From: an uncultured Gammaproteobacteria bacterium
Lineage (GTDB): Bacteria > Patescibacteriota > Microgenomatia > Levybacterales > UBA12049
Direction of reading: 5' to 3'
Assembly (NCBI GenBank): GCA_964507055.1
Contig: CAZDOJ010000001.1
Span: forward strand, 657,313 to 721,312
DNA length: 64,000 nt
The position numbers and the translations under genes were made by a program. The notes under the pieces are model-generated. The model saw nothing but the letters and a program-made list of their open reading frames with translations. It made no database searches and was not told the DNA's origin. Positions 1 through 9,660 of this stretch are shown here, piece after piece; position 1 is the stretch's first letter; the number at the start of each line of letters is the position of its first letter.

Positions 1-887
1 GGAATTGCCAATACCGCAACTCCTAGAATCATTTTTATGAAAGCGTTCCTCAGACGTGATCGATCATGGGTGAGTTTGGAAAAAATAGGAAACATTACAT
101 AATTGAAAGCATTTCCTAATTCAACAAAAGGCATTACTGCTAAAGAATAAGCAAGTTGATAAATACCAAGTGACGATGCACCAAGCATTCTTCCAACTGC
201 AATGTTATCCATATTGGTAAATAAATAATCAAAGATTGCAGTTCCTGTAATCCATTTACCTCTGTGGAAAATTGTTGCAATATATGCCTTCTCAAAGTGG
301 AAGCTTGGACGAGGAGATACTATTATGTATGACAAAACTAATTCTACTATCACACCAGCAAGAAGACCGACTACAATTCCAATTGGATTTTGTGTAATGT
401 ACGTAACGATAATTGAAACAGTGGTATCAATTACAAGAATAATCGTTTGATACCAAAAATTCTTGGCAAAAAGTAAGTCTTTCTGCAACTTTACAACAGC
501 TGGATTTATAAATCCTCTAAGTAAAGGAACGATACTTATCCAATAAAGAAGTGTTACAGAAGCTGGTGAATGAAAGAAGTTAGCAATAAATGGAGCTGCT
601 ATTAAAAGAATAATCATTATTACGAGACCTCTTAAAATAGAAATGATCCAAGCTGAACTTACATATTTGTCAGTTTCTTTTTCTTGAACTAAAACAACAT
701 TAACACCAGTTTGGGTAATTGTCTCTAAAAGACCAAGTGCTAATAAAGCAATCGCATAGATACCAAACTGTTCTGGAGCAAGAATTCTTGCCAAAATAAT
801 AGTCTCCAGAAAACCGACTGCTTTTGTCAGAAATCGTAAAGAGCCAATAAACGAAAGACCTTTTATAACATCTTTTTTATATCCCAT
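1..887 (-). CDS. Polysaccharide flippase (Wzx/MOP-family), N-terminal ~295 aa; C-terminus lies beyond the window start
   Basis: Reverse-strand translation from the ATG at 885-887 (MGYKKDVIKGLSFIGSLRF...) gives a polytopic protein with multiple TM helices, typical of Wzx/MurJ-like MOP transporters. It is not in the ORF track because it runs off the window edge. Confidence 0.55.
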   Translation of the reverse strand, partial: MGYKKDVIKGLSFIGSLRFLTKAVGFLETIILARILAPEQFGIYAIALLALGLLETITQTGVNVVLVQEKETDKYVSSAWIISILRGLVIMIILLIAAPFIANFFHSPASVTLLYWISIVPLLRGFINPAVVKLQKDLLFAKNFWYQTIILVIDTTVSIIVTYITQNPIGIVVGLLAGVIVELVLSYIIVSPRPSFHFEKAYIATIFHRGKWITGTAIFDYLFTNMDNIAVGRMLGASSLGIYQLAYSLAVMPFVELGNAFNYVMFPIFSKLTHDRSRLRNAFIKMILGVAVLAI

Positions 888-1810
888 AAATGTAAAATCC
901 CACTTATTGTACCATTCATCACTGCAAAGTCAGCAATAAATTGTAATAGTGGTAAATAGAAAAAGGCAGATGCATCTTTAACATAACGATAATTTTTTGA
1001 AATAGCCCACACAATATAAAGCAGAAGAATAAAAGATAAGAAATAAAGAATGAGAAAAGATTTTGTAATTACAAATACAAGAAATAAACCCAAAATTAAA
1101 AGATATCGTACAAAAAGAAATAAAACTTTCGGACGAAAAATACCTGCTTCGGCATCACCATAAGCAAAACGCAGAAACATTATATATGTCTCCTTCAGCG
1201 TATTTCTTGGTATCCAATAAGCAATTGCATCTTTGACAAACACTATATTTGCACCGATCTTTTTTAACTTTTTCGCATATGCATAATCTTCATTATGGGA
1301 CAATACCTCATCAAAACCACCAACCTTTTTCCATATCGATTTTTTGAAAGCAACAGAACGAGTAGCAGGAAGAAAATTATTAGAATCTACTTTATCAGGC
1401 ATCACAAAGACATAGGGAAGCAAGCTCTTATGAAAAGTATTTTGTGTTAAACCTTTATAATAACCAGCGACAACATCAACATCTTTTTCAGTAAAAGGCT
1501 TGGTAATCAATGCAATCCAGTCTTTATCTAAAATATTGCCAGCATCCGAACAAACAATTATATCTCCAGATGCTTGCCTAATTGCCTCATTCCTTCCAAC
1601 AGATCTATTCCCTTTTTTAACAATAACTTTTACTTTCTTAACTGATTTGGGAAATTGGAATTTATTAATGAGAGAAACAGTTTGATCAACGCTCCCCCCA
1701 TCAACAATTATGATCTCATCGGGAAGTTTTGTTTGAGCTGCAAGTGATTGCAGAAAATCTAGAATAGAATTCTGCTCATTATAAATAGTAGTAATAAAAG
1801 AAATTTTCAT
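863..1810 (-). CDS. GT2 glycosyltransferase with two C-terminal TM helices (GtrB/ArnC/DPM1-like polyprenyl-phosphate sugar synthase topology)
   Basis: N-terminal IYNEQ...DEIIIVDGGSVDQT and the GT2 catalytic DAD region. The C-terminal 70 aa form two hydrophobic helices, as in polyprenyl-phosphate glycosyltransferases. Confidence 0.75.
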   Translation of the reverse strand: MKISFITTIYNEQNSILDFLQSLAAQTKLPDEIIIVDGGSVDQTVSLINKFQFPKSVKKVKVIVKKGNRSVGRNEAIRQASGDIIVCSDAGNILDKDWIALITKPFTEKDVDVVAGYYKGLTQNTFHKSLLPYVFVMPDKVDSNNFLPATRSVAFKKSIWKKVGGFDEVLSHNEDYAYAKKLKKIGANIVFVKDAIAYWIPRNTLKETYIMFLRFAYGDAEAGIFRPKVLFLFVRYLLILGLFLVFVITKSFLILYFLSFILLLYIVWAISKNYRYVKDASAFFYLPLLQFIADFAVMNGTISGILHLWDIKKML

Positions 1811-1864
1811 AAATTACATTATATATAGTATATGGTATAGTAGAGCAGATTAATTAACTTTTCT

Positions 1865-2404
1865 ATGACTAATTCTCGCACAATTTTAAGTATTTTGGAA
1901 TGGATAGGAAATGATATCATAAGTGCAATTCCTTCACATACAATAAGGAACTTCTTTTATCGAAATATTGCAGAAATCAAACTTGGAAAGGATAGCACTA
2001 TTTCTATGCATTGCAAGTTTTCGACATTTTCTGATATTACGATCAAAAACAACACTGTAATATTGCAAGGCGTTTTTCTCGATGGACGGGGTGGAATAAC
2101 TATTGGGAATAATGTAAATATTGGGAGGGATGTTTCTATCCACACTGCACAACATAACCCACAATCTCCAGACTTTGATTATGTCGAAAAATCGGTTCAG
2201 ATAAAGGATCACGTATGGATCGCAAGTAGTGTTATTATCATTCCGGGAGTAACGATCGGTGAAGGTGCAGTTCTTGCTGCTGGGGCTGTTGTGACAAAAG
2301 ATGTGGAGCCTTACACAATCGTTGGAGGAAACCCTGCAAAGTTTATAAAAAAGAGAAATAAAAAAATTGCATATAAAACAAACTGGGCTGCACTTTTCTA
2401 TTAA
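1865..2404 (+). CDS. Hexapeptide-repeat (LbH) O-acetyltransferase, WbbJ/Mac-like
   Basis: Repeated [LIV]G-x-x-x-x hexapeptides and a C-terminal [37 protein letters not shown]. It is paralogous to the genes at 53876-54490 and 61013-61540. Confidence 0.8.
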   Translation: MTNSRTILSILEWIGNDIISAIPSHTIRNFFYRNIAEIKLGKDSTISMHCKFSTFSDITIKNNTVILQGVFLDGRGGITIGNNVNIGRDVSIHTAQHNPQSPDFDYVEKSVQIKDHVWIASSVIIIPGVTIGEGAVLAAGAVVTKDVEPYTIVGGNPAKFIKKRNKKIAYKTNWAALFY

Positions 2405-2418
2405 TGCATTAAATCAAT

Positions 2419-3492
2419 TTGATGAACAAAAAAACTTCATATAATTTTTCAGCAGATATTATAAGAGTCCTTGCTATTTTTGGCGTATTATTTATTCATA
2501 TCGTTCATCCACTCAACGGCAGGCCAGATTTATTTAGCGAGATTGTATGGTGGTTTGGAATCATTATCGATGCATTATCACGAATTGCTATTCCTTTATT
2601 TGTCCTTTTAAGTGGATATTTTCTTTTAAATAAAGACGAATCTTTCTCTCAATCATTGAAACGAACGGCTACTCGTATTTTTATTCCACTTCTTTTTTGG
2701 TTTTTGTTCTATACATGGTGGTATAGTAGACCATTATCTTTACCAAGCTTTGATAGTTCGTTGCTAGCAAACATATTTACTGTAAATGTATTTCATCTCT
2801 ATTTCCTTATCATTATGCTCGGACTTTATATAGCAGCACCGCTTTTCCGTACGTATCTTCGTACGAAAGCACAATCAGAACACAAAAAGCTTATGATTTT
2901 ATTACTTGCTGTAGGGATTCTTGAAGTTATTGGTCAATATGTCTTGCAACGATGTGCAATGGATAATATCTTTACGTACTGGATACCTTACTCAGGGCTT
3001 TTTGTAGCAGGATTCGTTCTTGGAAATAAAGCACAATCCATAAAAGCTACGAAACCTCTACTACTCCTTTATACTTTTGGACTGATAGCAACGATTGCTT
3101 TTAGTTATTTTCACTATCTTTCTCTTTTTAACGGTGGTAATTTCCTTGGCTCTGCGGGATGCATTGCCTATTATTCCGATTATTATATGAGTATTCCAGT
3201 TCTCCTGATGTCTTTGCCTGCGTTTATACTCTTACTTCGTTTTAAATATCATTTTTTAAATAAAAAGCATATTGCAGCGACTGTCCGCTCACTATCAAAG
3301 GCAAGTTTTGGTATTTACCTTAGTCATTTGTTTATCCTTAATATTATTGAACATTATCTCTTTGATTATCTTTCCCCTAACTTGTTCTATATTATTATCA
3401 AATGGCTGATAATCCTTCTTCTCTCGTACCTATTCACTGTTATATTTATGAGAATCCCATTTATAAATCGAGTATTAGGAGCCAAAGATTAA
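2419..3492 (+). CDS. Acyltransferase family 3 (OafA/OatA-like membrane O-acyltransferase)
   Basis: 357-aa polytopic membrane protein. The N-terminal motif IRVLAIFGVLFIHIVHP is typical of acyltransferase_3. Confidence 0.7.
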   Translation: MMNKKTSYNFSADIIRVLAIFGVLFIHIVHPLNGRPDLFSEIVWWFGIIIDALSRIAIPLFVLLSGYFLLNKDESFSQSLKRTATRIFIPLLFWFLFYTWWYSRPLSLPSFDSSLLANIFTVNVFHLYFLIIMLGLYIAAPLFRTYLRTKAQSEHKKLMILLLAVGILEVIGQYVLQRCAMDNIFTYWIPYSGLFVAGFVLGNKAQSIKATKPLLLLYTFGLIATIAFSYFHYLSLFNGGNFLGSAGCIAYYSDYYMSIPVLLMSLPAFILLLRFKYHFLNKKHIAATVRSLSKASFGIYLSHLFILNIIEHYLFDYLSPNLFYIIIKWLIILLLSYLFTVIFMRIPFINRVLGAKD

Positions 3493-3637
3493 CTAGCAGA
3501 TAGTATTTCATATATCTCAATTGGATAATAATATAGCAAAATATAAATTGATAAGAATTGATCTATTCAAACCACTTTTGCATCAGTTGACTTTAAATTA
3601 TGTATGTGGGATATTCTAAATAGATAAACTCTAGTCA

Positions 3638-4855
3638 ATGAAAAAAATCTTTGCATCTATTTTATTAAGTCTGTCATTTCTTTTATCGAGTGTTAGTCCC
3701 TCTTTTGCAGCAGAAAATATCCACATTGATAGTGCAGAATGGCTTAATTCACATACAATCCGTTTCCATTACTCAGACAATGATTATGCTCCAGGCGGGG
3801 TGGCTTTAATTTTTACAGCAAGTGATGGTAGTAGGACGTTACATGCAGGTGCTCAGAACTATCCCGACACTGATGTGTCAGGCTATTTTGATTTTGATGC
3901 CGGTTCTGACACAGACTCATTATATTGGGGTGCTGACTCAGGATATACAAGATATTATGCACTAACAGGCTATTCAGATGAAGAGAATATGTCTAATACA
4001 TTTCGCTTAGCAGCATACGTTCCTCCTAATATAGTAATTATAGCCTCTCCATCTGCTGGAGTAAGAACAGTCGGGTCACCATTTAGTGTGAATATTACCG
4101 TTAATAGTGAAGGAGAAGCATTTAATGCTGCAAGGGCATCAGTATCAGCTTCTTCAAATCTTACTATTAATAGTATCTCCGCTCCAACATCAAACTCATG
4201 CAACATGCAATATACGCAAACTCCAACTACGTCTAATCCATCATTCGCTGGAGCAATTTACGGTTCATCTTCTGAAAGTTGTAATGTGTACACGATGGTC
4301 GTTACACCAAATGATACAGGGACTGGAACTATCACTTTCACAAATGGTTCAGTAAAGGCATACTCAGACAATTCTGAAATAATGACTGGTGTTACGAATG
4401 CATCTTTCACATTATCTGATGGACCAACCCCAACGCCTACCCCACTTCTTGAATTTGCAGTTACAAGTCCATACGAAACATATAAAGAGAACTTTACAAT
4501 TACAGGAACCAAACTCGATACTATTACAGCAATGTTCTTAAACGGAGATGATACAGACTCTGTCTATCCGACAAGTACAACATGGGAAATCCCTGTAACA
4601 CTTGCTCTTGGTGACAATAATTACACGTTATATGGAAGTGACGGGACCAATCAAACAGCTACACAAAATGTGATTATCGACCGCCATACTCTCGGGGACA
4701 TCAACGGGGATGGCGAAATAGATCTCATCGACGCTTCCCTCTTTGCTGTCGACTGGGATAAAACGGAAGGCCTCACATACATTCTCTCTGATATGAATGA
4801 TGATGGTGTAGTAGATCTTACTGACCTTTCCATCCTCGCAAAATTGCAAGAGTAA
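3638..4855 (+). CDS. Secreted multi-domain surface protein: signal peptide, unknown N-domain, cohesin-like beta-sandwich module, PT-linker, Ig-like module, C-terminal type-I dockerin
   Basis: Signal peptide MKKIFASILLSLSFLLSSVSPSFA. Residues ~130-262 are homologous to the N-domain of the next gene. A TPTPTP linker follows. Residues ~350-405 carry two canonical dockerin Ca-binding segments, DINGDGEIDLIDASLF and DMNDDGVVDLTDLSIL. Confidence 0.6.
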   Translation: MKKIFASILLSLSFLLSSVSPSFAAENIHIDSAEWLNSHTIRFHYSDNDYAPGGVALIFTASDGSRTLHAGAQNYPDTDVSGYFDFDAGSDTDSLYWGADSGYTRYYALTGYSDEENMSNTFRLAAYVPPNIVIIASPSAGVRTVGSPFSVNITVNSEGEAFNAARASVSASSNLTINSISAPTSNSCNMQYTQTPTTSNPSFAGAIYGSSSESCNVYTMVVTPNDTGTGTITFTNGSVKAYSDNSEIMTGVTNASFTLSDGPTPTPTPLLEFAVTSPYETYKENFTITGTKLDTITAMFLNGDDTDSVYPTSTTWEIPVTLALGDNNYTLYGSDGTNQTATQNVIIDRHTLGDINGDGEIDLIDASLFAVDWDKTEGLTYILSDMNDDGVVDLTDLSILAKLQE

Positions 4856-4913
4856 AATATTGCGATGTTTTATTACTTCATGTATAAACTAATAAGTTAC
4901 TGAACAGCTTACA

Positions 4914-5825
4914 ATGTATAAATTAATATTCAATTTTTTTACTTTTTTCTCAATTTCTCTTCTGTTTGTCTCACACGTATATGCTGCTGAAACAACTATT
5001 GGAGTTTCTCCAAATTCAGGGACATTTGATAAAGCCTTTAAAGCAAATATTGTAATTGACGGAAAAGGAGATGTCTTTAATGCAGCGGAATCGAAAGTTA
5101 AAATTTCTTCAAATCTGACCGTAAAAGATATTATTTTAGGCGATTGTAATTTTTCGTATTTAAGTACTCCAACCACAGAAAATCTTTCATTTTCTGGTGT
5201 CATTCTCTCAGGATCTTCTAAAAAATGTACAGTCTATACTATGACTTTATTACCTAAAGAAAAAGGAAACGCTTCAATAAATCTTTCCGACGGTTCAGTT
5301 CGAAGATATGGCGACGCAGTAAACGTCCTTAAAGGAATGAATAATGCGTCATTTACGTTGTCAGGAACTGTCGCATCTGCACAAACAAAAGCTATCACAA
5401 CGAAAGAAACAAATGGTCTCTATACACTGACAATTAATGTAGTCGCGAAAGAGCATGAACCGCTACAAGATGCACTCGTATCCCTTACCTCGCCAGATAT
5501 TAAAAGTGCAGTCAAAATAAAAACATCCGCATCAGGCCAAGCACAATTTACAAAGCTCAAAGAAGGAGTATACGAAGCAACTGTCGATAAAGATAATAAG
5601 ATAGTCGCAAGAACAATTATTAATGTAAAAGGAAGTAATCCGAATATCTCATTTGGAATCAACTTGGAAAACCAGAAAAATAATCCTCTTTTGGGAAATA
5701 CTACTATAAATATATTTGGATTATCACCATGGCATATTGCAGCGATTTTAGGTGTAGGAATTATATTTGGAGCGGGAATAGCATTTACTACTGTTAAACT
5801 TTCTGGAAGAAAAAAGAAAGAGTAA
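4914..5825 (+). CDS. Membrane-anchored surface protein: signal peptide, cohesin-like module (paralogous to 3638-4855), CarboxypepD_reg/prealbumin-like module, C-terminal TM anchor
   Basis: Signal peptide MYKLIFNFFTFFSISLLFVSHVYA. The shared block aligns with the previous gene: SPNSGTFDKAFKANIVIDGKGDVFNAAE...NASFTL versus SPSAGVRTVGSPFSVNITVNSEGEAFNAAR...NASFTL. The C-terminal helix AAILGVGIIFGAGIAFTTV is followed by a basic tail. Confidence 0.5.
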   Translation: MYKLIFNFFTFFSISLLFVSHVYAAETTIGVSPNSGTFDKAFKANIVIDGKGDVFNAAESKVKISSNLTVKDIILGDCNFSYLSTPTTENLSFSGVILSGSSKKCTVYTMTLLPKEKGNASINLSDGSVRRYGDAVNVLKGMNNASFTLSGTVASAQTKAITTKETNGLYTLTINVVAKEHEPLQDALVSLTSPDIKSAVKIKTSASGQAQFTKLKEGVYEATVDKDNKIVARTIINVKGSNPNISFGINLENQKNNPLLGNTTINIFGLSPWHIAAILGVGIIFGAGIAFTTVKLSGRKKKE

Positions 5826-5826
5826 T

Positions 5827-6585
5827 TTACTCTTTCTCAGCTTTCGCCTGTTCATAGCGAAGTCCACCCATTTCATAAGCACTATTTGGTTTTTTTACGC
5901 CACCTTTTATAAGCGTATACAGTGTGTAATAAACATAATCCCAGGTAATCTTCCACGTCCCTTCTACTTCAAATCGACGCATTGAGAAATAGCACCCAAC
6001 TCGATAGATAAGTGTTGGAGAGACACCATGCTTGTGTGCTTTCATGATCAAATTATGATCTTCCCCAATAATAATTGATTCCTCAAAGCCTCCAATTTGA
6101 TCAAACAACTTTTTCTGAATAACAATATGCGGACCTGTTGATATAGGATATCCTACAAGCTTCATTACACGTACAAATGAGATACTGCAGAAAAAGAGCA
6201 AACGATGTAAAAGAGAAGAAGTACTTGGTTGGACAAAAGGCAGATACAAAGGTTTATTATCCTTATCTATTCTTCGGAGGATTTTTTCCATAACGTCTTT
6301 ATCAAGTCGTGTATCTGCATCCAAGAAAAAGATATATTCACTTTTGACATACTTTGCACCAACATTCCGTTGCAGAGCAGCACCTTTGGCTGAAGATTCT
6401 ACAAATTGGAGAGATAAGTTCTTATGAAATGCAGCTGCCACTTTTTTGGTATTATCTTGCGATTTTGCATCAATAACAACCACTTCAAAATTCTTCTCTG
6501 TCTGGTCTACGAGGTCTTGGAGCAAGAGAGGCAGATAGTGTTCTTCATTCAACGTCGGAATGACGATGGTGATTTTCGCACGCAT
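5827..6585 (-). CDS. GT2 glycosyltransferase
   Basis: ITIVIPTLNEEHYLPLLLQDL...VVVIDAKSQDNT...FLDADTRL (DXD region). Confidence 0.8.
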   Translation of the reverse strand: MRAKITIVIPTLNEEHYLPLLLQDLVDQTEKNFEVVVIDAKSQDNTKKVAAAFHKNLSLQFVESSAKGAALQRNVGAKYVKSEYIFFLDADTRLDKDVMEKILRRIDKDNKPLYLPFVQPSTSSLLHRLLFFCSISFVRVMKLVGYPISTGPHIVIQKKLFDQIGGFEESIIIGEDHNLIMKAHKHGVSPTLIYRVGCYFSMRRFEVEGTWKITWDYVYYTLYTLIKGGVKKPNSAYEMGGLRYEQAKAEKE

Positions 6586-6629
6586 AAAAGTATTGTAGTT
6601 TATACGTTCTCATTGTACAATAGCATAAT

Positions 6630-7415
6630 ATGGGCCAAGAAGCCTTAAAAATATCTGTCGTTATCCCCGTCTACAACGAGGAAAAATACATCGGAAAATG
6701 TTTGGAAAGTCTTATGAAGCAAACAGTACCGGCAGATGAGATTATTGTCGTAAATAATAATTCCACTGATAATTCTGCAAAAATAATTAAGCAATTCCCT
6801 ACTGTCCGAGTCATAAGAGAAAAGAAGCAAGGAATGACTCCAGCGAGAAATAGAGGCTTTAATGAAGCACAGTATGACATCATCGTCCGAACGGATGCAG
6901 ATACTATCCTCCCTCCCAATTGGATCAAGCGAATTAAAAGAAGTTTTGCTGACGAAAAATTAGTGGCACTCACTGGTCCAGGAGAATTTTATGACCTACC
7001 AAAAATTATTCATAATTCACGTTGGCAGACAAAAGATGAATGGGTTAAGCTAATCATTGGCTATAACAAACTTGTAAAACAGCTGATCAAACACGACTGT
7101 CTCTATGGACCTAACTATGCTATCCGAAGAAATGCTTGGGAACAAATTAAGAATACGGTTTGCCTTGATGACAAACAAGTGCATGAAGATTTGGATCTAG
7201 CAATTCATATTGCACCATTGGGTAAGATTAAGTTTTATAGAAATCTCATTGTTAAAACATCGGTACGACGTTGGAAGAAACCAGAAGCTTATGTAGAATA
7301 CCTCTATAGAGGCCTCAAATCTATCCAGAAGCATCAATTAAGTACAACACGTCAGAGAAGTACACAATTGGTTAAAAAGATTGTTTCAAAGGCATTTCTT
7401 CTTAACAGACTCTAA
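6630..7415 (+). CDS. GT2 glycosyltransferase
   Basis: ISVVIPVYNEEKYIGKCLESLMKQT...EIIVVNNNSTDNS...RTDADT. Confidence 0.8.
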   Translation: MGQEALKISVVIPVYNEEKYIGKCLESLMKQTVPADEIIVVNNNSTDNSAKIIKQFPTVRVIREKKQGMTPARNRGFNEAQYDIIVRTDADTILPPNWIKRIKRSFADEKLVALTGPGEFYDLPKIIHNSRWQTKDEWVKLIIGYNKLVKQLIKHDCLYGPNYAIRRNAWEQIKNTVCLDDKQVHEDLDLAIHIAPLGKIKFYRNLIVKTSVRRWKKPEAYVEYLYRGLKSIQKHQLSTTRQRSTQLVKKIVSKAFLLNRL

Positions 7416-7456
7416 GGTTGCGTTGACAAATGTTTTTTACCTGAGATAATTAAACT

Positions 7457-8035
7457 ATGAATACTGAAGTGTTAAAAAAAGCTTATTTCTTTACTCTTGA
7501 TCTTCTCCAGACAATTCTTCTTGCAGCATCAATCTTTTTAGTAATTTATATCTTTTTCTTCAGACCGTTTCAGGTTAGCGGAGAATCCATGTATCCGACA
7601 TTTAAAAATAAAGAATATATCCTTACTAACCTTATCACGCTTAAATTTGGCCATCCAGTAAAGGGTGATGTTATTGTATTTAAAGCACCGACCGATCAAG
7701 ATAAGGACTTTATTAAGCGTGTTATTGGAACAGCAGGAGATAGTGTCTCCGTCCAAGAAGGATTTGTCTATGTTAATGGAAAGAAAATTGATGAATCAAA
7801 ATACCTTGATAGTGAAGTAAGGACATATGGTGGAAGCTTTTTGAAAGATGGACAATCAGTCACTGTTCCTCAGGGTGAATTTATCGTCATGGGTGACAAT
7901 CGACCATTTAGTTCTGATTCACGTGAATGGGGATTTCTGAAAGAGAAAGATATTATTGGTAAATCATTCTTCGTCTACTGGCCAGTTAATACAATGCGAC
8001 TTATCTCCAATCCATATCCACCTGCGAATCAGTGA
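7457..8035 (+). CDS. lepB: Signal peptidase I
   Basis: N-terminal TM helix, then the S26 motifs GESMYPTF, GDVIVFKAP, KRVIGTAGD and GDNRPFSSDSREWGF. Confidence 0.85.
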   Translation: MNTEVLKKAYFFTLDLLQTILLAASIFLVIYIFFFRPFQVSGESMYPTFKNKEYILTNLITLKFGHPVKGDVIVFKAPTDQDKDFIKRVIGTAGDSVSVQEGFVYVNGKKIDESKYLDSEVRTYGGSFLKDGQSVTVPQGEFIVMGDNRPFSSDSREWGFLKEKDIIGKSFFVYWPVNTMRLISNPYPPANQ

Positions 8036-8152
8036 ACACACATGTCATGCTAAGTCCTCGAATGAGGAGAACTTGTTTCGGCATCTCCAATTAGCAAAAC
8101 ACTATGTATAGGCTCCTGAAATAAATTCAGGATGACAGAGAAGAAAGTTCTA

Positions 8153-8974
8153 TTATTTCGTGAGAATTTCGTGGATTTGTTTTAATTTTTCTGTTGTTAT
8201 TTCAGGTGAACCTTTGATAACTAATGTTAAACGAGCTAATTTACTCGACTGAAAGATCTGCACTTTATCATAATCAAACTTCTCTTCAATTTCTTTCGCC
8301 ATTTGATCTTGCTCAGGAACCCAGAGCTGATCCTTTGGTTGTGCCACTTCTTTCTTTTGTGTCTCACCTTTCACTTTACGAGCAAGCTCTTCTGTTTGCC
8401 GTACAGTATAGTTATCACGAAGAATTGTCTTAAAGACATCCAACATCAACTTTGGATCACCAAGTGACAATAACGGGCGTACATGACCTTCTGTGATAAC
8501 GCCTGCGACCAATGCATCTTTGATAGCATCTGGCAATGAAAGTAATCGAATTGTATTACTAACAGCTGGGACACTTTTACCAACTCTTTTTGCAACTTCT
8601 GTTGTACCAAGGCCGAATTCATCGATAAGCCTTCGATAAGCCAATGCTTTTTCGATAGGATTAAGATCTTCACGCTGGACGTTTTCAACGATAGACATTT
8701 CCAGCATTCTTTGTGGAGTAGTTATCTTAACAACAACTGGAACTTTCTGAAGTCCAAGAATCTTTGCGGCTCTCCATCGTCGTTCTCCAGCAATGATTTG
8801 ATATCCAGCTGGTGTTTGAGCGACAACGATAGGTTCGAGAATTCCTTGTTCGCGGATTGATTCGACGAGATCTGTTAGTGAGTCTGGGGTAATAACGCCA
8901 CGAGGCTGCAGTGGGTTAGATTGCAGATGATTAGTTTCTAATTCGTATAATCGATCTCCAGTTTGATTATCCAT
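8153..8974 (-). CDS. parB: Chromosome partitioning protein ParB/Spo0J
   Basis: ParB N-terminal box (IxPNPxQPR context), the GERRWRAAK motif and an HTH region. It overlaps rpmA by 8 nt. Confidence 0.85.
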   Translation of the reverse strand: MDNQTGDRLYELETNHLQSNPLQPRGVITPDSLTDLVESIREQGILEPIVVAQTPAGYQIIAGERRWRAAKILGLQKVPVVVKITTPQRMLEMSIVENVQREDLNPIEKALAYRRLIDEFGLGTTEVAKRVGKSVPAVSNTIRLLSLPDAIKDALVAGVITEGHVRPLLSLGDPKLMLDVFKTILRDNYTVRQTEELARKVKGETQKKEVAQPKDQLWVPEQDQMAKEIEEKFDYDKVQIFQSSKLARLTLVIKGSPEITTEKLKQIHEILTK

Positions 8975-9218
8975 GGATTACCTCTACATATTTTTTGCCT
9001 TTAAGTGTCTTGAAGTGGACAGTTCCCTCCTCAACTGCAAATAATGTAAAGTCGCGTCCCATGGAAACTCCGTTTCCAGCATTAAACTTTGTACCAACTT
9101 GGCGGATGATGATACTTCCTGGTGTTGCTTTTGAACCACCATAAATTTTAACACCACGTCGCTTTGGTCGTGAGTCTCTATTTCCTTTTACTGATCCTTG
9201 TGCTTTTGTATGTGCCAT
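8967..9218 (-). CDS. rpmA: 50S ribosomal protein L27
   Basis: MAHTKAQGSVKGNRDSRPKRRGVK...IIRQVGTKFNAGNGVSMGRD is a canonical L27. Confidence 0.9.
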   Translation of the reverse strand: MAHTKAQGSVKGNRDSRPKRRGVKIYGGSKATPGSIIIRQVGTKFNAGNGVSMGRDFTLFAVEEGTVHFKTLKGKKYVEVIHG

Positions 9219-9274
9219 AGTTTTTTAGTGAAAACTTGAGTTAATAGTACGGCAAGTTTTCGATCCTGTCAAGA

Positions 9275-9610
9275 TTATTCAGCCTTCTTTGCACCTTTAC
9301 TCTTGAATCCAGTTACCTGAACCTTTGTAAGTTGTGCTCGGAAACCAATTGTTTTTCGGTATTTAGCTTTTGCCTTGAACTTAGAAACTCGGATCTTATC
9401 ACCTTGAGTTTGTTCCAAAACTTTTGCAGTTACGGTAACTGCATCCAAGAACGGAGTTCCAAGGTTTACTGAATCACCATCAACAGTCATAAGTACCTGA
9501 TCCAAAACATATTCTGAACCTGGTTCTGCTTGTAGCTTATCGAGTTCGAGGACTTGTCCTTCAGTAACTTTATATTGTTTTCCGCCGTTGGCTATAATTG
9601 CATATTTCAT
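9275..9610 (-). CDS. rplU: 50S ribosomal protein L21
   Basis: MKYAIIANGGKQYKVTEGQVLELDKL is a canonical L21 N-terminus. The rplU-rpmA order is conserved. Confidence 0.9.
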   Translation of the reverse strand: MKYAIIANGGKQYKVTEGQVLELDKLQAEPGSEYVLDQVLMTVDGDSVNLGTPFLDAVTVTAKVLEQTQGDKIRVSKFKAKAKYRKTIGFRAQLTKVQVTGFKSKGAKKAE

Positions 9611-9660
9611 ACTACGAGGAAGATTATATCAAACTCTTCACGCTTGGGCAAGGAGCAGCC

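Noticed and set aside
8115-8131. CCTGAAataaaTTCAGG hairpin in the lepB/parB convergent gap as a bidirectional terminator
   Set aside because: The stem is only 6 bp and AT-rich, and there is no flanking U/A tract on either strand.
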